A stretch of 64,000 bases of DNA, taken from NCBI RefSeq assembly GCF_009914755.1, contig NC_060934.1; one strand, 5' to 3'. The notes beneath the pieces were generated by a model. The model searched no databases. It saw only the letters and a list, made by a program, of their open reading frames with translations, and was not told the DNA's origin. Positions 53,233-64,000 of this stretch are shown here, in pieces. Source of the stretch: the human T2T-CHM13v2.0 reference genome, Homo sapiens. The translations under genes were made by a program, and so were the position numbers. Position 1 is the stretch's first letter, and the number at the start of each line of letters is the position of its first letter.

Positions 53233-53681
53233 TGTGATGGGTTGGAATGCATCCCCCCAAAGTAAATATGTGGCATCCTAACCCCTAGTACCTATAAATT
53301 TGATCTCACTTGGGGAGTCCTTATCAGAGGTCATCAAGTTAAATGAGGTCATTAGAGTGGCCCTACTCCAGTACCACGAGTGTCCTTATAAAAAGGAGAA
53401 ATTTCTACACAGATACCTACACAGGCAGAATGCCATGTGTAAAATGAAGGCAGAGAGCAGGGTAATGCATCTACAAGCCAAAGAACACCAAAATTGCCAG
53501 CCACTGTCAAACGCTGGGGGAGAGGTGAGAACAGATTCTCCCTCACAGCCCTCAGAAGAAATCAGCTCTGCCCACATTTTGATCTTAGACTTTCAGCCTC
53601 CAGAACTGTGAGACAATAAATGTTGTCTAAACCACTCAGTTTGTGACACTTTGTTCACAGTACCCCTAAGAAACTAATACA
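53233..53681 (+). mobile_element. MLT1-family (MLT1B/C-like) MaLR solo LTR
   Basis: TG...CA ends; aagttaaatgaggtcattagagtggcccta; cagcctccagaactgtgagacaataaa; TSD tcccc / gcccc. Confidence 0.88.
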
Positions 53682-56600
53682 GCCCCCATGTGCCCTGACA
53701 ATCACAGAAACTTCCCTAATCATGGTACTCGTCTTGCTGTGCTGTACTGAGTCACTTCTCTGCCTGCTCCTCTGAATTGCCAACTGCCACTCCATGAAGG
53801 TGGAGACCATGCTTTCTCACCCACTTTTTATCTCCAGAGCCTGACACAATGTTAGGTGCATGACAGGAGCAAATGATCTCTTTATTATAGAAATGTAAGA
53901 ATAAATGAGTGAATAAATGAATAGGATGATTTCTGGTCATAGACAACTGTTGCAACATGGTCATTATGTTGGTTACAAGGTAATGTTACTGTAGCACTGT
54001 TACTCCACCAATGCCCAGCCCAATCCAGGTATTGAATGTGCTCTATACTCCCTGCTGGATGAATAAATGAATAGATGAGTCAATTAACCTGTAAAGAGAC
54101 ACCTCCCAGAGTATAAAAGGCACAGTGTCCTTTCCAGCATGATTTCATTCCTGGCGCCATGCTTCTTGAGGGGAACCTTGCCATATGGAATAGTCACTCA
54201 ATGTTGATGTGCAGCAGAGCATGACATGAAGGCACTGAGAGGCCCGGGAGGGAGCTTTTGACTGGGAGTCAGAGGATCATAACCTCCTTGGGCAATTAGT
54301 CTGAGAGTCAACATGTGAGAGCCTCCAGTAAGAAGAGTCATGCTTTAAAAGAATGCCTACTATGTGCCAAGCTCTGGGTAGAATCCTCATGAAACCCATG
54401 AAGGGCAAGTATGAGCATCTCTATTGTCCAATGAGGAACCCAGGCATATGAGATAGGTGACTTGTCTGTGGTCCTGTAGCCAGTAAGGGGCAGCAAAGAT
54501 TTCTGCCTAGCAGTGCCTACCTCAAAATGCTCTTCCCTTAGAATCAGAGAATTACTTTAAGACTAACCTTACATCTCAGACTTTTCCATCTCTGTTTCCA
54601 GTTTTTTATCTTTTGTAATGTCTGAATGTATTTATGTCTTATTATCCTGCATGGTTTGAGGAAGCATTGTCAACGTACCAGCCAAAATTAGCTGTGCTTG
54701 GAGAACACAAGCAATGAGCTCAGTCTCTTCACTGACAGCCGAGCTTGAAGCCACAGGCATGGGTACCTTGGAAGTGGCAGTGGCAGCAATATTAGAATCT
54801 GAGGTTTCATTTCGCACAAAGGAAATGAAATCCAGGAGGGCGCAATAGGTCCCCTCTCTACTTGAAGTCTTTCCTTTCAACTTTTCAACAGGAATGTTTT
54901 ATTGAGTGATGTATGTTAATGACAAGCATTGGATTTGATTCAAATAAGCTTACATTTGAATCCAAGTTTTGCTTCACACTAGGTATGTTAACTGTTTTCT
55001 GCCTCAGTTTCCTCATAAGCAATCAGAACTTAATGTGGTAAAAATTAAATGATGTAATTTGTGGAAAGCACTTAGGCAGTTTCTAGTACAGAATATATTG
55101 TATAACACAGTATATATTCACACACAGATTATACAGTATACACTGTATATTAAAATGCAAGTAATTCCTCAATAAATGATACGTCATTATTAGAACTATT
55201 ATTATTAGTGCTACTGTTGTTGTTAAGGTAATTTCCCTTACAGGGTTGGGGAACCAGGTGTGACTGATATTTAAGTAGACTCCTTCTCTATTGGACAAAT
55301 ATATTCCAGTTTCCTTTCCACACAAGCAAACCCCAACAGCCCCAGGGTCACACCTGGGCAGTGACTAGCCCACCACACATGTTTACAGCTGTGGGGTTCA
55401 GGATGAAGGGCGTCAACCTACAGATCCAAAGTCCTCTAAAGAGCTACCCTGGTCCACCCTCCCATGTTTCCCTCCTTCTTCCCATGATCCTAAAGGGTTA
55501 ACATGATAATTAAAGCATGGGATCCTAATTCTTATTATATTAATTAAACTGAAAACTGCAGATGGTGTTTAATAACAACTTAGTCCCAGCAGGTTCCAGG
55601 CACTTTACCTAAATCAAACATATCATAAAGCTGGCATGAGACTCACAGAGTCTGGCCCTGCCACATCTGGCCAGGGACACATGTTTTCACCTAGAGCAAA
55701 AGGAACATACCATCTCTATTACTTATGCAGATGTGGTCTTAAATTGCTTGACAGTCTAATTCCACCCCACCATCTTCTGGAGCCAAAAATAAAGGAGTAT
55801 TGATTGCAAAGATTAATAACAGAGCTTAAGAAGGAAAATGGTGCAAAACACCTTTTTTCTCTCCCTTCGTGATATAAACGCCTGCCACCCCTGCAACCTA
55901 ATTTTGTCACCCAGCACACGGGAGTGTATTAATTAAAGTGACACCAAGGACAGGAAAATCTGAGCTCTTGGGGTGATGACTGGAAATACATAAATATGCA
56001 TCTCCAAGCTGTCTCGGGAAGGGAGGCACGTTGCCAGGCAAGATCAGCATAATTCCACCAAGGCGAGGGTGGAGAGGAGTGTGCACAGCTTGCACAGCTC
56101 ACCCCTGGAGGTCAAGGCACTTATTCTGGCAAATGTCTCCTAAACCCAAAGAAAGAAACTAGACAAAGAGCAAATATGTGATTTTTCTACCTGGTTTGTA
56201 AAGAACTACACCACCACTTTTGTAAACGTCCTCTGATATGGTCTGGAGGGAGCTAATATGAAATGAATATTTATTATGCACTAAATTTCCAGACTATACT
56301 GACAGAGATAGAGTGGTGCCATTTTATAGGCAAGGACACTGAGGCCCAGCATGGTTAGTCAATGTCTCAGCCAGTATTGAAAACCAGGTTTGACTAAAAC
56401 CACACCCCTACACTGATCTGCTGAAACAGAAAGCATGAAAGAACAGGGTGAAATGAACAGATGTTTCTCAGGGGCCAGCTCTAGAACAGTTCTCCTGGAG
56501 GGTGTGGATAGGGACCTCCCTCCAGGGTCAGCATGTCCTTTGAAAGGGCCATTTCTTGCTGCCATCCCTCCCACTGGCAGAGGGTGCACTGGGACTTTGA

Positions 56601-57430
56601 TGCCTCTCCCCAGCGGGGGCAGGTACCTGCAACCTTGGGTGGAGAAGTAAGAGATTTAGTTGAGGTTGGCTTGTAAGGCATGAGGGGATGGGGGATGATT
56701 TTAGAGGTGCTCATTTTACACTTTTATTTAGGTGAACTTCACTGTAGTCAATAAACCAGTTTCAAGAGCCAACTGTACTTTGTGACTGATTTCGGTTACT
56801 ACAGGGGACGTGACTTCAACTCATCCCGAGCTTCCCCACTGTCATCATTACCTGTTGGGCATCTCCACCTGGACATCTATGGGCATCTAACACTTACGTA
56901 GTCTCAACTGGACCTTGTTCTGCCTACCCAAGCTGGCTCCTCCCCCATACAGCTCACATCAGGTGCAGGTGTCCCCATCCACCCAGGTCTCGCACTAACA
57001 CCTGGGCTGCCTTGCCCCTCACTCTGGCCTTTCTCCCACCTGTCATATTCCAACAGGCCTGACCGAGTTGAGCCCCACAATATTTCGCAGATCTCCCTAC
57101 TCCTCCAACATCAGTGCTACTGCCCTAGTTTAGGAAATGCAGAGAACATTCATTAGGCTGTAAAGAGAGGGAACTAAGCAGAGGCAGAGAGGAGCAGACA
57201 CACAGAAGAGAACCCAGGATCACTGATAACAGCAAAGTAGTGAAGACCTCGCTCTCTGCGGTTATGTGATTGACGTGACTGTCTCCAGTGTAAATCTGCA
57301 CCCACATCTAGCACATGGGAAGCCCGTCTATTCTTTATCTGCTCTTCTTCCTGGGAAAAATTTCCCCCGCATCCTCTGGGACTTTCAGGTAGAGGCAGGC
57401 ATTCTGATATGTAGCAACTCTTTCTAAAAT

Positions 57431-57472
<42 letters not shown>
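57431..57472. repeat. Compound microsatellite (CA)7(GA)14
   Basis: Read directly. Confidence 0.96.
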
Positions 57473-60400
57473 CGAACAATGTCTTTTATTTGTTAGCCTA
57501 CTCCCCTAGTAGGCTGTTTTAAAAAAAAAGAATAAACACAAACAATAGAAGATTATTAGTGAGTTCTTACTCTGTGTAGGGCAGTGTTATCAGTATTTAC
57601 AGAAAAACCCTTTTAGGTTGTCCCTATTATTATTCTCAGTCTACAGAGGAGGAATCTGGAGCCCAGAAGGTTAATTAGCTTGCCCAAAGTCACATGTCCA
57701 TTCAATATCGGATCCAGCATGTGAGCACAGGCTGTCTGGCTCCTGCACATGGACTCCTAACCGTGCTCCTGCACTTTAAGTTCATGAAGACATGCAACAG
57801 GTCTGGCTTCTTCCCCAGTGTGCCCCCAGAACTGAGCACAGCCCCTAGCACATGGTAGGTGGTCAAGAAAAACTTTGTGAGTGAATGAGTGGATGAGTCC
57901 AGCCTGTTCGTGTATATCATTGCTTTAAACCCTGATAACTGGTCTAGTAGTATTCTGTTCCCAGCTGTCTGACTAGGCTTCCCCGCTCTGCAGGAAATGA
58001 CAGCTCCCCTTGCCCTCCATTTCTATGGATTCATGCTGAGCCAGTGCTCTCCCTGGAGGGCACCCACCATTCCCCATCCCTAAGCCCTAGGCAAAGGCCA
58101 GCCATGCAGAATCACATACCATCTCACCTGCTGAGTTCTCCCCTTTGTCAGAGGAAAATCCCCGGCTAACCTGCTGTGTACTGTGGCTGTTGTTATTATG
58201 AGATAAGGTGCATTAGCCATGTGAGGGCATTGGCACGTGCATTCCACAGCCTGTCAGACACAGGAGACTGGGGATGCTTCCACAGGGAGGCTCGGAGAGG
58301 GATCCCAGGGAAGGAAATGCAGTCTCAACCTGGCCCTTCCTGGCCAAAAACAAAAACCAGAGTAAAAGAAAGAAATGCACATAGACAACAGTCAGATTCA
58401 TTCCATATGTGAGCAACGGAGCATGTGCCTCTGACTCTGTGTGTGTTTGTGTGTATATGTGTGGTTGGCTACCCTTGTGGGCATCTGTGGGCTGATGTGT
58501 GTCCTCTCTGTGTGGAGCTCTGAAGTGGAAGCAGGAAAATGTGCCTATTCTTGACTCCAAATCAAATTTGTCCTGCTTTTCTTAGTGTGTGGAGCCAAGA
58601 GAAGCCACTTCTGAGATGTTCTTTAGACGCTACTGTTTAAGGTGAGAGTTTGAACTAAGTTGTCAATAAGCTCACAAACTGTCAGAGTGGGAGGCAAGTT
58701 TAGAAATCTTCTTATAAAATCCCTTCATTTTATAGACCTAAAAAATGAGACCCAGAAAGCAGTCACTTTCCAAGGACACACAGCTAATGAGTCTGCCAGG
58801 ACTCTGCCCACACTCAGTGGACTTTGCACAATGCCTGAGGGACTGCTAGAAAACCTGCCATTGCTTAAAGGAAGAATTTATCTCACAGTTCAGCAATGGC
58901 AGTAAGACACTGCTTCTAAAGGCAGGTCACCAATATTCAGGCTCTACGCTGCACATCAAAAAGTCACATTGGTTGCTGTGTTCTCAACAGCTCATGATCC
59001 TTCCTGTGAGTCCTCTAAGTCAGGACAATGGAGTGTGCTCAAGGGGTCCAGATCACAGGAAGACAGAGAGAAAAAAAGTGACCTGCAGGACACATTGGCA
59101 ACCACTGTGGACTTGCACTGGCAAAGCCAGGTGTTTGAAAAACATTATCCAAGTTAGAAATCCCCTTGGTTCCACCAGAGGATGACACATGGGCTAATCA
59201 CAGGGTTCCCCATTCTAGGCCTGAGTAAGCATGTGGCCCAAACCAGGCCTGACTTGTCTTCCATGTCCAACGGCTATTTCATAACCATTACCCAAATGCA
59301 GGGCACCGTCTTCTCTGTTGATTCCACCAAGCCCACTCCAAATGGGCAGTGGGTTAAGTAAGTAGGGGTGGAGGATGATGGGAGTTTCCTATTTATTGAG
59401 GGGCCCCCATGAGCCAGGCAATGTGTAGAGCACTTTACAGAGAGCATCTCTTCATAATCACCACCTATGGGGAAGTCAATATTATATCACAGAGGAGTGA
59501 ACTGGGAATCTGAGAGGGCTCCAAGGGCCCCTTTGGGGTCATGAGGATGGGCATAAAAGGCAGATGATTTCAAATGTGGACAAGTTGGCTGGGAAAATTA
59601 GAAGCAAAATACGTCTACAGAGAGTGGAGTTCACACTTTCTGAAGCCCCTGGCTTCCTCCTCCATACCCACACCCTCACCCTGGCTCCGGACCCATTTTT
59701 CATCCATGACTTCCTCTTGAATCTCGTTTGACTCCCAGCCCCGCTTCTCATGACTTGCCCTGCTCTGTAGGTCCTGATTTGGCCCATCCTTAGATCAGGC
59801 TGTCTAGGGAAGGACTGCTAGCTCCCATCCCCAGACGGATCTTATCCTGAGGCCCCCTTCTGTGTCCTGCTCCAACTGGAAGCCACCTTTAATATTTTAA
59901 TTCCATGCAGTAACTTAGATTACTAAAATGGAAGCTCTTTCAACCAAGTTTACTGTTTAACATCTGAGCCTGAAGTATCAGCAATCAGTGAATGGAGCTT
60001 AGGGAAAGTAGACTGCTCTGGCTTGATTCTGCTTTTCATGCAGCATCATATTCTGCTGTGTTTTGGCTTACAGTGAGGAACACTGACACACCTGCATCAT
60101 AACAAGGTATTTTGTTTTCTTTAAAAATGTGGTACAAATATGTTTTTCTAGTTAGTTTATTGAATTGTCTTTCTTGACTTTTTTATTCAGAAATACATAT
60201 TTATGATTTTTCAAAAATAGTTCATTAATAAATACATCTGGGAAATGCTGGACACGACAGCCCTTCTTGGAGACTTATGGTTCATAATAACACAGGAAAG
60301 ACTGAAAAGCCCTTTAAAGAAAACTTTCAACTTTCTTTCACCCATCTTTTTCCATCTTCAGAAAACAGAGCTACTAGGAATCCACTTGGAAAATGATGTT

Positions 60401-61332
60401 GTGTAGACGATTCAAAGACCAAAATGCTCTGAAATGGGCACCAATGCTGAGACTTGCATTAGAAACAGAGCAGTGAGGATTCTGCCTGCCCCCTGAATGG
60501 GATTTCAATGGGCTTTTTAAACAAGCCCACTGTATTTCTATCTTGAATAATTAGCTGAAGGAACACTGCTTTTCAAGAAAAGGAGACCAGGGAAGAAAGA
60601 TACCTCAGAAAAAGGGTCAGAAATGATATCAGAAGTTTAAAATGGCACCTAGACCCAAACAAACATGAAGGCACAGTCTCTTTTGTCTATAAAGACAAAA
60701 TTGAGGATGACTGCAAGGGGGAGAAGAAACTGCGAGTTGCTTGAAGCCCCCTCATCTCAGGCCCTCCATCTTCATCTCCTGCTCGTGGCCAACTGGCTTC
60801 TGTTCCCACCCTTCAGCCCACAGGGTCCTCCATCTTGCTGGGTGGGTCACTAGACTACACAGACCACCACCTCTGGAAACTGCCCTGACCTACATGCCCA
60901 ACTTGACAATGCTTGACCATGGTTCACCTCTTCATTTTCATTGCTTATTGCAAATTCTCTTCCCTCTGCTTTGCCTATGTGCATCCAGTCATAGATGGTT
61001 TGCCACTCCTCCCTTAACCTCTGGCCTTCTTACTTGCATAGGGCTGAGATAAGCGCCTCCAGGATGCCAAAACAGAAATCTCCTGCTCTGAGAATGCCAT
61101 CAGGCAATCCTCTTTTTCTAAAACCAGCTCACCTCCTGACTTCCCTATGTCCTATGAGGACACTGCCACCCTCAATCCCCCAAATATAAAGTCTTAGTAC
61201 TCTTTAATCCTTTCTTTTCCTACCTTTGCCTTGTTAAGTCAACAGAACTCTACTGCCAACACCCTCCTTTCTTTTCATTTCTACTGACACTCTCAGCTCA
61301 GTTTCTTTCCCTGTCATCTGACTATGGTAGCA

Positions 61333-63931
<2,599 letters not shown>

Positions 63932-64000
63932 AAATTCCTCTCAGATCACTCTTCTCGATTAATAGATCCATTTTTTTAACCTTAGGTTAAAATGAGTTTG

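Noticed and set aside
56608-56623. CTCF-like ccagcgggggcag
   Set aside because: One base short of the core spacing and lacks the central AG.

Overview
Primate (human or great ape) genomic DNA from inside GRID1 (glutamate receptor delta-1, GluD1), transcribed on the minus strand. Three coding exons are present: 37327-37522 (196 nt), 10027-10193 (167 nt) and 3567-3807 (241 nt). All have GT-AG sites and compatible phases, and they encode the S2 ligand-binding lobe, the M4 helix and the start of the C-tail. From recalled gene structure these are probably exons 13-15. The M3 exon and the last exon lie outside the window. The rest is intron containing Alu, L1, L2, MIR, MaLR LTRs, hAT MITEs, a decayed Tigger1 and microsatellites. 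The most notable unexplained structure is a diverged ~360-bp local duplication in the intron upstream of the 167-nt exon. Both copies keep a complete sense-strand exon-like unit (pyrimidine tract, CAG, 126/125 nt, TGG|GTAAGA) carrying a premature stop, and one copy sits next to a UG/UGCAUG tract, so they are candidate twin poison exons. Other leads are an antisense AluSp that could exonise in frame (258 nt, no stop), a second duplication carrying AP-1 sites, and a PBX-HOX/MEIS motif pair. All regulatory and splicing claims are unverified inferences; repeat subfamilies and repeat boundaries were called by eye.
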